64,000 nucleotides of DNA. Source: an uncultured Candidatus Saccharibacteria bacterium (GTDB lineage: Bacteria > Patescibacteriota > Minisyncoccia > Phycocordibacterales > PALSA-1337). The DNA is taken from the NCBI GenBank assembly GCA_964468845.1, contig CAYXWP010000001.1, positions 6,411 through 70,410 of the forward strand, given 5' to 3'. The first letter of the stretch is position 1; every line of letters starts with the position of its first letter. The translations under genes and the position numbers were made by a program. Positions 17,891 through 27,179 of this stretch are shown piece by piece. The notes under the pieces were generated by a model, which was not told the DNA's origin, searched no databases, and saw only the letters and a program-made list of their open reading frames with translations.

Positions 17891-17917
17891 GAAAAAAGCG
17901 ATCTGCTTCGCTTTTTT
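17891..17917. terminator. Hairpin flanked by A and T runs between murF and tRNA-Glu
   Basis: aaaaaagcga-tctgct-tcgcttttttt. Confidence 0.45.
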
Positions 17918-17988
17918 TAATACCGCTCGAAGAGCGCTGACCGTTGTTGAGCGAAGCGAAACAGGTCAGTACTACAATAAAACAAAAA

Positions 17989-19239
17989 CTACTTCTTCGC
18001 AAGCCAATTTGGATCTTGGCGTACAAGCAACTCCTCAGCCTTTTCTGGCTCAAGAAGAATAGCCTTCGTTGCCCTTTCCAAACGAACAAACTGTGATCCT
18101 TTTATAAGAACAACATCACCCTGCCCAACAATACCTTTTAAATATTCACCAGCATCAGCAGAAGAATCAAAATGCACAGCACTCTCACTCATTTGCTTCG
18201 CTCTTGGTCCAACAGTAATTAAAATATTACTTGCCTTAACAGCAAGCTCCCCTGCCTTCTTGTGCTCCTCAGCAGAGAATTTTCCGAGCTCCATCATATC
18301 TCCAAGTACTGCAATTTTTTTGCCAACCGTTTGAATTTTTGATAAAGCAGAAAGTGCTTCCTGAAGAGCGTCTGGAGATGAGTTGTATGTATCGTCAATA
18401 ATAGTACAACCATTCATACCAGCAATAATATTCATACGACCTCTAGGTGGAACATGGTTTGAAAAAGATTCAACAATGTTTGAAATAGGAATATTCTTTG
18501 CAATACCAACCGTAGCTGCAGCAATTACAGGATATATTTGCTGATTTCCAATTACCTTTTTTATTACAACTGGAACCGCATTCCCCTCATAATTTAATTT
18601 GAATGAAATTCCGTTGGTGATGTCCAACTGAATATCCGAGGCAGAAATAGTAGCAGGATTATCAATTCCAAAAGTCAAAACCTTTTGCTTTAATTGTTTT
18701 GCACCCTCCATAAGCCTTTTGTCATCAGCAGAAATAACTAACACGCCATCTTTTTTCAAAGACTTTGTTAATGTAAATTTCTCAACAAAAACATCCTCGG
18801 GTGATTTAAAAAATTCAACATGAACAGGAATTTCACTTACTTTCGTTATAACAACAACATCAGACTTGAACCACGAAGTCATACGAAGAATATCGCCAGG
18901 ATGATCAGACCCAACTTCCAAAACTAAACATTCGGGATACTTTGATTTAAATAATATCAACTCCAAGCCCTCAAAAATGTTCTTCAACCAAACCACTGGA
19001 TCATTCCATCCATTTTGACAGCCAAGTATTGTAAGTGGAATACCAATATCACTGTTAAAACTTTTATCACTTTTCCTAACATAACCAGTTTTTTCTAAAA
19101 CAGTATACACAGCATCCTTTGTAGAAGTCTTGCCGACACTACCGGTGATTGAAACAATACTTGGATTATATTTTTTTAAGACAAGTTTAGACTCAAGTAT
19201 CAGTATTTTTGTAATTAAATTCTTGAAAAATGATTTCAT
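17989..19239 (-). CDS. murF: UDP-N-acetylmuramoyl-tripeptide--D-alanyl-D-alanine ligase
   Basis: ITGSVGKTSTKD P-loop, a Mur ligase middle domain and the C-terminal IIDDTYNSSP motif. Confidence 0.85.
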   Translation of the reverse strand: MKSFFKNLITKILILESKLVLKKYNPSIVSITGSVGKTSTKDAVYTVLEKTGYVRKSDKSFNSDIGIPLTILGCQNGWNDPVVWLKNIFEGLELILFKSKYPECLVLEVGSDHPGDILRMTSWFKSDVVVITKVSEIPVHVEFFKSPEDVFVEKFTLTKSLKKDGVLVISADDKRLMEGAKQLKQKVLTFGIDNPATISASDIQLDITNGISFKLNYEGNAVPVVIKKVIGNQQIYPVIAAATVGIAKNIPISNIVESFSNHVPPRGRMNIIAGMNGCTIIDDTYNSSPDALQEALSALSKIQTVGKKIAVLGDMMELGKFSAEEHKKAGELAVKASNILITVGPRAKQMSESAVHFDSSADAGEYLKGIVGQGDVVLIKGSQFVRLERATKAILLEPEKAEELLVRQDPNWLAKK

Positions 19240-19248
19240 ATCGTTATT

Positions 19249-20970
19249 TTATCTATCTGGTGGTAATTCGTAATAATTGATAAGGAATTTTGTAATTTGA
19301 ATAAATGGGTCAGTAAGTGTCTCCGAAGCAAACGCCGCATTTTTTGGGTAAACTTGATAAAGAAAAACTATAAATCTTGGGTTATACGCTGGGAAATATC
19401 CAAAAAATGAGTGTAGCGACCTGTCTTCATAATATCCTTTAGTAAGTGGATTAGCAACTTGCGCCGTACCTGTTTTCGCTGCAATGCTGTAATGTTCCAT
19501 TTTAACTTTTCCATTTTTTAATGCTGTGTCAACAAGCTTCACAAGCATTCTTGTGACATCATCAGTTGTTTCTTTTTTAAATATTTGTGTACCAATAGAC
19601 TTTACGAGTTCTGAACTGCCGTCTACGTATTCAATTTTTTTAGCAATATGAGGAATCACCAATGATCCACCATTTGCCAATGTGGCAAGTGCACGAACAG
19701 TCTGAATTGGAGTTAAAGCAATTCCTTGTCCATATGAAGCAGTGGCAATTTCTATATCTCTCTTACTATCCAAGTTTTTTATCAAACCTCTTTGTTCATT
19801 TGGTTGATCTATACCAGTAATTTCTCCAAATCCCAAACTTTTAAAATATTTAGAAAATTCATCATGCCCGATTTTTAAAGCGATCGTTGCTGCCCCGATG
19901 TTCAAAGACTGACTTAAAACTTCCTGCATAGGCACAACTCCACGAGCACGCCCATCAAAATTTGAGAATTTTTTACCATTTAATTCCATTGTGCCAGTAT
20001 CATTGTATACACTATTTGCATTAATTGAACCAGAGTCTATGCCAACTGCCATCGTCAATGGCTTTATAATCGAACCCATTTCTCTTGCATCCTCGACAAG
20101 TAAATTAGAAAAGACCTTTGGGTCTGATACCTCTTTTAAATTATTTGGATTAAAGGTAGGACGACTAGACAAAGCAAAAATCTCGCCTGTGTTTGGATCC
20201 ATGATTATTCCACCAATAGACTCTGGCATCCATTTCTTTTGTATTTCTGTGAGTGTTTTCTCTAAATAGCTTTGAGTTGTTGGTTCAATAGAAGAGATAA
20301 TGTCACCCTCTTTCTTTGAGGCAGAAAAAACTGTTTTTTTAATTTCTGAAAACATTTCTGCAAAAATATTTGTACGGGTACCTTGTGCTGAGCGAGATAA
20401 AATATTTTCATAATATCTTTCAAGCCCATACCTTCCGGCAATTTTGTTTTCATTATCCGATCCAATTAATCCAATAGAATGAGAAGCCAAAATATCGCCT
20501 GGGTAGACTCTCCAAGTATCCTTTGTCAAAATCACCCCAGGAATTTTCAAATTCAAAACTGATTCACCAACATTTTTATCAATTTTTCTTAATATTTCCT
20601 CGTATGGATCATCGGTCTTGCTTGCCTTCTCCATAAAGGACACTTTATCTAGTTTTATATACTCTGAGATAACACCAAACACATCATCAGCATTTTTTAA
20701 AATTTTTGGATTAATAGCTAATGTATATCCCTCCTTTATAGTAGCTGCACCAATCTTGACGCCGTCTTTTGATTCAAAGAAAATTGACCCCCTATCAAAG
20801 CTGGTAGCGGTCGGCTTGGAATATTGACTTTCAGACTTTTGAGTATAGTAATCACTTTTAACAACTTGTATCCAAAACAATCTGGAAGTTATTAAAAGAG
20901 CGACTAAAAGGAATAAAGCCAATATTAATCTGATTCTTTTAGTATGGTTATAATTCATTAGGCGAAGCAA
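19249..20970 (-). CDS. ftsI: Class B penicillin-binding protein / peptidoglycan transpeptidase (FtsI-like)
   Basis: N-terminal TM and dimerisation domain, then SIIKP (SxxK), SxN and KTGTAQ motifs. It sits in the dcw cluster. Confidence 0.8.
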   Translation of the reverse strand: MLRLMNYNHTKRIRLILALFLLVALLITSRLFWIQVVKSDYYTQKSESQYSKPTATSFDRGSIFFESKDGVKIGAATIKEGYTLAINPKILKNADDVFGVISEYIKLDKVSFMEKASKTDDPYEEILRKIDKNVGESVLNLKIPGVILTKDTWRVYPGDILASHSIGLIGSDNENKIAGRYGLERYYENILSRSAQGTRTNIFAEMFSEIKKTVFSASKKEGDIISSIEPTTQSYLEKTLTEIQKKWMPESIGGIIMDPNTGEIFALSSRPTFNPNNLKEVSDPKVFSNLLVEDAREMGSIIKPLTMAVGIDSGSINANSVYNDTGTMELNGKKFSNFDGRARGVVPMQEVLSQSLNIGAATIALKIGHDEFSKYFKSLGFGEITGIDQPNEQRGLIKNLDSKRDIEIATASYGQGIALTPIQTVRALATLANGGSLVIPHIAKKIEYVDGSSELVKSIGTQIFKKETTDDVTRMLVKLVDTALKNGKVKMEHYSIAAKTGTAQVANPLTKGYYEDRSLHSFFGYFPAYNPRFIVFLYQVYPKNAAFASETLTDPFIQITKFLINYYELPPDR

Positions 20971-21277
20971 ACGCTGTTAAAGATTTTTTTGAAATAAACG
21001 AAGTTACTTCAGAATCTTGAAAACCTTTGGCGCGAGCAAGCTCCATATTTATTTTCTCCTTTGTTGCAAAATAGTTTGACTCCATCTCACTTACTAGAGT
21101 GGACTTCTCTCTTATCTCCTTTACAATCTTTTCCCTCTCAACAACATTAACAATAGTTGAGTGAACAAGATTAACGTAGACTAATGTCAAAATTACAATG
21201 GCAGGCACAAGCATCCAGAAAATGCGTCCTCGATATCTCAACATTGAATTAAAGTTTTCTGAAATTGCTTGCGTCAT
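20948..21277 (-). CDS. ftsL: FtsL-like small bitopic division protein
   Basis: 109 aa with a single TM and a coiled-coil tail. It occupies the ftsL position between rsmH and ftsI. Confidence 0.45.
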   Translation of the reverse strand: MTQAISENFNSMLRYRGRIFWMLVPAIVILTLVYVNLVHSTIVNVVEREKIVKEIREKSTLVSEMESNYFATKEKINMELARAKGFQDSEVTSFISKKSLTAFASPNEL

Positions 21278-21289
21278 TTTGTTTGTAAT

Positions 21290-22234
21290 TTATATTATTT
21301 TTTCTAGTATCCTCAACTTTGCGCTTCTAGACCTTGGATTTTCTAAAATTTCTTGCTCCGTAGGCACTATTGGTCTTTTCGTGATTATTTTCGCCTCCCC
21401 TTTTTCTGCCTTTTCTTTATTAAAATTTTTAACAATTCTATCTTCTAAACTGTGAAATGAAATAATTGCCATTCTTCCTCCTTTTTCTAGTCTTTCAAAT
21501 CCATTGGCCAATCCTTTTTTCAACGTATTTAATTCATCATTAACCGTAATCCTTAATGCCTGGAAAGTTCTTGTGGCAGGATGAATTCTTCCTCTTTTAT
21601 AAAACACTGGAACAGCTTGAGAGATTATCTCTACTAGTTCTCCTGTGGTTTCAATTGATTTCTTTTCTCGGTAATTCACTATCGCTCTTGCTATCCTTCT
21701 TGAATACTTTTCTTCACCGTATCCAAAGATAATGTCAGCGATGTTTTCTTCTTGCCATGTATTCACTATTTCATGAGCAGTTAAGTCTCCATCTTTTGGA
21801 TCTTTCTTAAATGTCATTAGTAGTGGCTCATCCTTTCGGAAGCTGAATCCTCTTCCTGAGGTTTCAAACTGGTCAGAAGACAATCCAAGATCAAGCATTA
21901 TCCGATGAACTTTGCTTATATTTAGTTCATCAAGGACTTTGTCCAGATCAGCATAGCTTGATTCTCTTAGGAAAATCTTAGGCTTTTTTTCAAATCTCTT
22001 ACCATTGCCATCACCACTTCCATCACCGCTAAGTCTTTTCTTTGACCTTTCTAGCGCCTCGACATCTCTATCAAGACCTATGACAGTCAAATCGCCACCA
22101 GCTTTTTCTAAAGCATATTCTGTGTGGCCAGCACTACCTAGAGTACCATCAAGATAAATTTCGGATGGATTAATACCAAGACCATCAATTGATTCTTTTA
22201 AAAGAACTGTGCTATGTACATAATTTGTAATCAT
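21290..22234 (-). CDS. rsmH: 16S rRNA (cytosine1402-N4)-methyltransferase RsmH (MraW)
   Basis: DGTLGSAGHTEYALE and the family's conserved C-terminal region. Confidence 0.9.
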   Translation of the reverse strand: MITNYVHSTVLLKESIDGLGINPSEIYLDGTLGSAGHTEYALEKAGGDLTVIGLDRDVEALERSKKRLSGDGSGDGNGKRFEKKPKIFLRESSYADLDKVLDELNISKVHRIMLDLGLSSDQFETSGRGFSFRKDEPLLMTFKKDPKDGDLTAHEIVNTWQEENIADIIFGYGEEKYSRRIARAIVNYREKKSIETTGELVEIISQAVPVFYKRGRIHPATRTFQALRITVNDELNTLKKGLANGFERLEKGGRMAIISFHSLEDRIVKNFNKEKAEKGEAKIITKRPIVPTEQEILENPRSRSAKLRILEKII

Positions 22235-22249
22235 ATTTTCTACTTTATA

Positions 22250-22693
22250 TTAAAGAATTCCGACTGAACCAAGCTTTTCAGCGAGAGCATCAGTTTTCTT
22301 TTCTACAGTAGTGCGATATGACGACCATAATTTCTCGTCCCATATTTCAACTCTGTTAAGTACACCGATAATCGCAACTTTCGTTTTGATTCCGGCATGC
22401 TCACACAAGTGAACTGGAATGAGAATACGTCCAATCGAATCCACTTCAACCTCGGTCGCACGACCAAAAATTATACGGTTGAAATTACGATTGTCTGCTT
22501 GCAAGACCGAAGAAGAATCTGGCCTCGATAGTCTCTCCGCGAATTCCTTCCATCCTTTCAGAGTAAAAACGAAAAGACAGCTATCTATCCCGGGAGCTAT
22601 GACAACAGTGTTCCCCATTTCCTTTCGGAATTTCGAAGGAAGTGAGACTCTGCTTTTGTCATCTATCGTATGTAGATGTTCTCCGATCAACAT
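22250..22693 (-). CDS. mraZ: Transcriptional regulator MraZ
   Basis: MLIGEHLHTIDDKSRVSLPSKFR and a duplicated DXXXR MraZ domain. Confidence 0.9.
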   Translation of the reverse strand: MLIGEHLHTIDDKSRVSLPSKFRKEMGNTVVIAPGIDSCLFVFTLKGWKEFAERLSRPDSSSVLQADNRNFNRIIFGRATEVEVDSIGRILIPVHLCEHAGIKTKVAIIGVLNRVEIWDEKLWSSYRTTVEKKTDALAEKLGSVGIL

Positions 22694-22740
22694 ATATATG
22701 CGTAAGAAAAAGTATTAAAAAAATATTGATAACACTTCTT

Positions 22741-22766
22741 CCCACTTGCCCACCATTTTATCCCAC
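22741..22766 (-). promoter_or_regulatory. Three GTGGG direct repeats (MraZ-box-like) 48-73 nt upstream of mraZ
   Basis: The minus strand reads TGTGGGataaaatGGTGGGcaaGTGGG. MraZ operators in other bacteria are GTGGG-type direct repeats upstream of mraZ. Confidence 0.4.
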
Positions 22767-22805
22767 AGTATGTACTTATGCAAACACAGTTATCCACTTT
22801 TGCAC

Positions 22806-22834
22806 AAAAAAACCGCAGTTCAAGCGGTTTTTTA
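22806..22834. terminator. Bidirectional terminator separating the ORF6N gene from the mraZ promoter
   Basis: aaaaaaaccgc-agttcaa-gcggtttttt. Confidence 0.55.
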
Positions 22835-22892
22835 GATGATTATATATGCGATTAAATAATATAAAAAAATTATTCTTAACCCTAAGTTCAAT

Positions 22893-22917
22893 CTTGAGGT
22901 ACCAAATTGGTACCTCA
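22893..22917. repeat. 25-bp perfect palindrome ttgaggtacc-aaatt-ggtacctcaa immediately after the ORF6N stop
   Basis: A near-identical twin (ttgaggttcc-aaatt-ggaacctcaa) lies inside the same gene at 23236-23262. Confidence 0.5.
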
Positions 22918-22928
22918 AAACCTATTTA

Positions 22929-23504
22929 CTATTTCTTATTAAACCCAATTTTTCTTTTTTGCTTAAACGGTTTCTCAATTACTGATTTATTAATTAAGTC
23001 TTTAACAGCTGAGTGAACATGAGTAAGTAATACTCCTTGATCCCTTTGTTTAAGCTCAATTTCACCTATCTTAACTGACAGGTCTTTATAGTTATCTAGA
23101 GATTCTCGCATTTTTATAAACGCTCTAATAATAAATATGTTCATTTCTATCGCTTTTTTACTATTTAGTACAGAGGAAAGCATAGCGACACCGTGTTCGG
23201 TGAAAACATATGGCAAATAACGGCTTCCGCCATGGCTAAAACTTGAGGTTCCAAATTGGAACCTCAAGTTTTTATATTCTTCTCGTGTCAATGAAAACAT
23301 AAAATCAATTGGAAATCTCGACATATTCCTTTTCACTGCTTTATTAAAATTCTTTGTTGAAATTTGATATAACTCTGCCAAATCTCTATCAATCATTACT
23401 TTTTGTCCTCTCACAATAAATATTTTTTGCTTGATTATTTCCTCTTGCTTAATATTAATATTTTTATGCATGTAAATTAAATTAATTAATAATACACACA
23501 TCAT
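22929..23504 (-). CDS. ORF6N-domain protein (phage-type KilA-N-related DNA-binding / antirepressor-like)
   Basis: IFIVRGQKVMIDRDLAELYQISTKNFNKAVKRNMSRFPIDFMFSLTREEY...SHGGSRYLPYVFTEHGVAMLSSVL matches the ORF6N family pattern. The true start may be the internal Met at 23471. Confidence 0.7.
   Translation of the reverse strand: MMCVLLINLIYMHKNINIKQEEIIKQKIFIVRGQKVMIDRDLAELYQISTKNFNKAVKRNMSRFPIDFMFSLTREEYKNLRFQFGTSSFSHGGSRYLPYVFTEHGVAMLSSVLNSKKAIEMNIFIIRAFIKMRESLDNYKDLSVKIGEIELKQRDQGVLLTHVHSAVKDLINKSVIEKPFKQKRKIGFNKK
23236..23262. repeat. Intragenic palindrome cttgaggttcc-aaatt-ggaacctcaag, twin of 22893-22917
   Basis: It encodes ...LRFQFGTSSF... within the ORF6N domain. Confidence 0.5.
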
Positions 23505-23516
23505 ACCGAATCAGGG

Positions 23517-23543
23517 TTAAGAACTTCTAAAGAAGTTCTTAAG
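23517..23543. promoter_or_regulatory. Palindrome TTAAGAACTTC-taaa-GAAGTTCTTAA 13 nt upstream of the ORF6N ATG; putative operator
   Basis: 11-bp perfect arms. A closely related copy lies upstream of the pilus ATPase at 1387-1410. Confidence 0.35.
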
Positions 23544-23579
23544 AGATGATAAAGACTGGGGATAAGTCACAAAACCCTC

Positions 23580-25049
23580 CTACTTCTTCGGTCTCATCAA
23601 TGGGAACATTTGTAATTCACGTAGAGGTTTGTCAGCAAGAAAAGCAAAGAATCTTTCTCCAAATCCGAAACCACATGTTGGTGGCATACCGTGTTCAAGC
23701 ATTTCAATAAATTCGTAATCCGCCATCATAGCTTCTGTATCGCCAGAATCAATAAGTTTCTGTTGGCTATCAAATCTTTCTCTCTGATCCACTGGATCAT
23801 TCAATTCAGAATACCCTCTTCCAACTTCACTTCCGGCAATAATTGGCTGAAACATCTGTGCGACATTTGTTGTCTTTCCGTCTTCTCCAACTACACTTTT
23901 TGCTAAAGGAGAAACAAGTAATGGATGATTGATGAGGAATGCTGGTCCGGAAATATTTTTTCTACAATATTTCCAAAGACTGTCTGTAAGTCTCTCCTTA
24001 TTCTTTCCATCATACTCAACCTTCAAGTCCTGCAATTTCTTCATCATCTCCTTTTCATTTGCAGTATTTATATCAACACCTGTCTGCTTTTTAATTTCGT
24101 CTGAGTAATCAATTTTTACCCATTCCTCTGCGAGATCGAAAGTGTGACCGCGAGTTGTAAACTTTGTAGTACCAAAAACTTCCTGAGCTATTTTTATATA
24201 CATTTCTCTCACTAATTTCATTCCATCATTATAATCAGCAAAAGACCAATAGAATTCCATATTTGTGAATTCCTGTGCATGCTCTGGACTTGTTCCTTCA
24301 TTTCTAAACACCTTACCTATTTCAAAAGTTTTTGGAAATCCCGCAGCCATCAAACGCTTCTGCCATAATTCGCCAACAGATATTCTCAAGTACACATCAA
24401 GGTCATAATCATTGTGATGAGTCTTAAAAGGTGTAGCTTCCGCACCTCCAGTTGTCACCTCGAGCATTGGTGTTTCTACTTCGATAAAGCCATTTTCTTT
24501 TAGAAAATTTCTTGTTACATCCCAGAACTTTATTTTCTTCATGAACAAATCGCGAAGCTCCTCATTCATTAAAATATCTAAATATCGCTTTCTGTATCTT
24601 TCATCGTCGTCTTTTATTCCATGCCACTTTTCTGGCAAAGGCAAAAGCGTTTTTGTAGCAATTGTCCAGGATTTTACAAGTAGACTTTGCTCTCCACGTT
24701 GTGTAGCAAAAAATTTTCCTGTAACAGAAATGAAATCCCCAATGTCTACTGCATCGGTAAATAACTGAAATAGTTTTTCGTCAATTTCATCCTTTTTGAA
24801 TACTGCTTGAAATTTCCCCTTTCCGTCATAAAGAACGACAAAAAGAATTGCTCCTTGTCCTCTGATCGCCATTATTCTTCCAGCAATTGAAAATTCTTTT
24901 CCACTTTTTTCATTTTCAATAAAACCAGCTTTGGCATCAGCAAGACAGAATGAACGAGGAACTTTGCTAGGAAATGGATTCATCCCCGCCTTTTTTAGTA
25001 TTTCAAGTTTTGCTATTCTTGTAGATTTTAATTCTTCTAAAGAAGACAT
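23580..25049 (-). CDS. lysS: Lysyl-tRNA synthetase (class II)
   Basis: N-terminal OB anticodon-binding domain plus class II motifs 1-3. Confidence 0.95.
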   Translation of the reverse strand: MSSLEELKSTRIAKLEILKKAGMNPFPSKVPRSFCLADAKAGFIENEKSGKEFSIAGRIMAIRGQGAILFVVLYDGKGKFQAVFKKDEIDEKLFQLFTDAVDIGDFISVTGKFFATQRGEQSLLVKSWTIATKTLLPLPEKWHGIKDDDERYRKRYLDILMNEELRDLFMKKIKFWDVTRNFLKENGFIEVETPMLEVTTGGAEATPFKTHHNDYDLDVYLRISVGELWQKRLMAAGFPKTFEIGKVFRNEGTSPEHAQEFTNMEFYWSFADYNDGMKLVREMYIKIAQEVFGTTKFTTRGHTFDLAEEWVKIDYSDEIKKQTGVDINTANEKEMMKKLQDLKVEYDGKNKERLTDSLWKYCRKNISGPAFLINHPLLVSPLAKSVVGEDGKTTNVAQMFQPIIAGSEVGRGYSELNDPVDQRERFDSQQKLIDSGDTEAMMADYEFIEMLEHGMPPTCGFGFGERFFAFLADKPLRELQMFPLMRPKK

Positions 25050-25058
25050 AAGTAAGTA

Positions 25059-25526
25059 TTATTCTATTGAAACAAGTGTGTAAGTCGCCTCGCCCTTTGG
25101 AGTTTTGAAACTGACAACATCGCCCTTTTTCTTTCCAAGCAAAGCTGAGCCAAATGGAGAAATGTTTGAAATCTTTGAAGCAAGCATGTCTGCCTCTTCT
25201 GAGCCAACAATTTTGTATGTTTTTGTCTCACTTTCCCCCTCTTTTTTAACCTTTACTACAGTACCAATAGTGACACTGTCGCCACTTTGACCATCAACAA
25301 TAACAGCTGTCTTTAATAGGTTCTCAAGGTGATTGATACGATCTTCGATTTCTGCTTGTGCTTGTCGTGCCTCATTGTATTCTGCGTTTTCTGATAGGTC
25401 GCCGAGCTTCTTTGCGTATTCTAGATTTTCTGCAATTTGCTTTCTCTTTTCTGTCTTTAGGTGATCAAGTTCCTTCTTAAACTCTTGTAATTTCTCATTA
25501 GTTAGATATTGTTGTATTTCGCTCAT
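25059..25526 (-). CDS. greA: Transcription elongation factor GreA
   Basis: N-terminal coiled coil with acidic-tip residues and a C-terminal FKBP-like domain. Confidence 0.9.
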   Translation of the reverse strand: MSEIQQYLTNEKLQEFKKELDHLKTEKRKQIAENLEYAKKLGDLSENAEYNEARQAQAEIEDRINHLENLLKTAVIVDGQSGDSVTIGTVVKVKKEGESETKTYKIVGSEEADMLASKISNISPFGSALLGKKKGDVVSFKTPKGEATYTLVSIE

Positions 25527-25626
25527 GCTTTTAAATATATGATCTTATAAGACCCTTATCTTACCTTATATTAAGGCAATAGTAAAGGAAGTGTCGGGAA
25601 ACTGATTTGTATTTTACCTACCAAAT

Positions 25627-26619
25627 CTACTCCTCACCAAAACTTGTAAAAGATGTTTTGTTTTCTAGATCGCGGTTTGCGAGATAATTGTTCACAACAT
25701 ATATACCAAGAATAAGTACAAGGACGATAAGTCCATTTGTAATAAGTCTTGGATGCTTTTTATCCATACGAACAAATAGTTTGAACAGAAGTGCAATTAT
25801 GACGAGAATTGCTAAAATAAATAATACAATATTTATAATATGGCGTGGTGATGTTGAGTATTTATCGATAACAGTAGATTTTACATATGTTTGTGGGGGT
25901 TCTGTATTCACGATCTCTGTTGAAGTACCTTTGACTGTCGGTATGAGAGTTTCTATTTTTTCTACTAAGACCGGTGTCACACTCTTGGCTACTACTGGCT
26001 TATCCACAACATTAATCTGTGCAGGCTTGCCATAAACCTGAGCAACGAAAATAGTAGGACTTCCCTCAAATGTTCCTGTTGCAATACCCGTTCCCATCTC
26101 TGTATAAGCATTCTTCACAATATTTGCCTTATGGGTCGGAGAATTCATCCATGCGATAGTAACATCCTGTGAATCCGTGAAGTCGATAGCTAGATTCTCT
26201 CCCGCATACTCATATTTGTATCCAACTTGATTAAACCAGTACCATGGAGCCTTTCCTTCGGGACTAACATGGGAAAAATAACCCTTTTCTGCCATATCCC
26301 TTGCTTTGAGCTCTGCAACTTTGTTTAGAAGTGGATTTACCGTAAGAATTGCTAGATCCTGTGATTCTCTATTTTGATTTGTTAAGTCGTCTAGTACGCT
26401 GGGTAGAACCGCTGCTAGATTACTATTATCAACAAAACTAAGTGGTGGTATGTACGGCAATGTCAAAGCACCGATCTCCAGCATGAATACAATCAATACC
26501 AGTAAGCGTGTATTTTTGCCACGTAAAAAATGAGGTTGGTGTCCATTACCTTCATGAGGTATAAAATGTTTTTTTATCCACTTCATCATTGGGATTATTG
26601 TAGCAAACAACCCACACAA
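25627..26619 (-). CDS. CAP (SCP/PR-1, YkwD-like) domain membrane protein
   Basis: N- and C-terminal TM helices. The CAP signature is YFSHVSPEGK...GENLA...WMNSPTHKANIVKNAYTEMGTGIA. Confidence 0.6.
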   Translation of the reverse strand: MCGLFATIIPMMKWIKKHFIPHEGNGHQPHFLRGKNTRLLVLIVFMLEIGALTLPYIPPLSFVDNSNLAAVLPSVLDDLTNQNRESQDLAILTVNPLLNKVAELKARDMAEKGYFSHVSPEGKAPWYWFNQVGYKYEYAGENLAIDFTDSQDVTIAWMNSPTHKANIVKNAYTEMGTGIATGTFEGSPTIFVAQVYGKPAQINVVDKPVVAKSVTPVLVEKIETLIPTVKGTSTEIVNTEPPQTYVKSTVIDKYSTSPRHIINIVLFILAILVIIALLFKLFVRMDKKHPRLITNGLIVLVLILGIYVVNNYLANRDLENKTSFTSFGEE

Positions 26620-26669
26620 AGACGAGCCTCATGTGGGTGTATTGCTAACATCTTAGAGATATAGAGATA

Positions 26670-27101
26670 TTATTTTGTGTTTAATTGTTCAAGTGTCATT
26701 GGTCCAACTCTTCCGACTGTAGGGATCTCATTTGCTAGCTGGAATGCCTTAACTGCTTCCTTTGTAATTGAGCCAAAGAATCCTGTTGATTTACCGAATT
26801 TAAAATGTCCTAGAGCAGCTAGAAGATTTTGTAGCTCAACAACATCACCTCCTCTCATACCTATTTCAAGTTGCTTTGTGAAGTTGAATGCAGATGCTCC
26901 AAGAACACGTCCCTTTTGTGTAGCAATAACTGCCCTTGGGTTTGCTTGTACAGGAAGTACTGGATATGTTCTGTTTATATAACCCTGTGAACCAGAGGAA
27001 TTTCCGCCTCCGCCACCATAACCAAACGCTGTTCCAAAACCTATAGCCGATACCGTAACTAGGGCTGCAATCGCTAAAACTATTTTTGTGTAACTTTTCA
27101 T
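26670..27101 (-). CDS. Secreted peptidoglycan-binding domain (PG_binding_1) protein
   Basis: Signal peptide and a Gly-rich linker, then GDVVELQNLLAALGHF...FFGSITKEAVKAFQ. Confidence 0.55.
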   Translation of the reverse strand: MKSYTKIVLAIAALVTVSAIGFGTAFGYGGGGGNSSGSQGYINRTYPVLPVQANPRAVIATQKGRVLGASAFNFTKQLEIGMRGGDVVELQNLLAALGHFKFGKSTGFFGSITKEAVKAFQLANEIPTVGRVGPMTLEQLNTK

Positions 27102-27179
27102 TATTTTTAAAATATTTAATTAAATGCTTTTTATATGATAAGATACTACCATAGTAATCAACCATGAGCAAGGTGTAAC

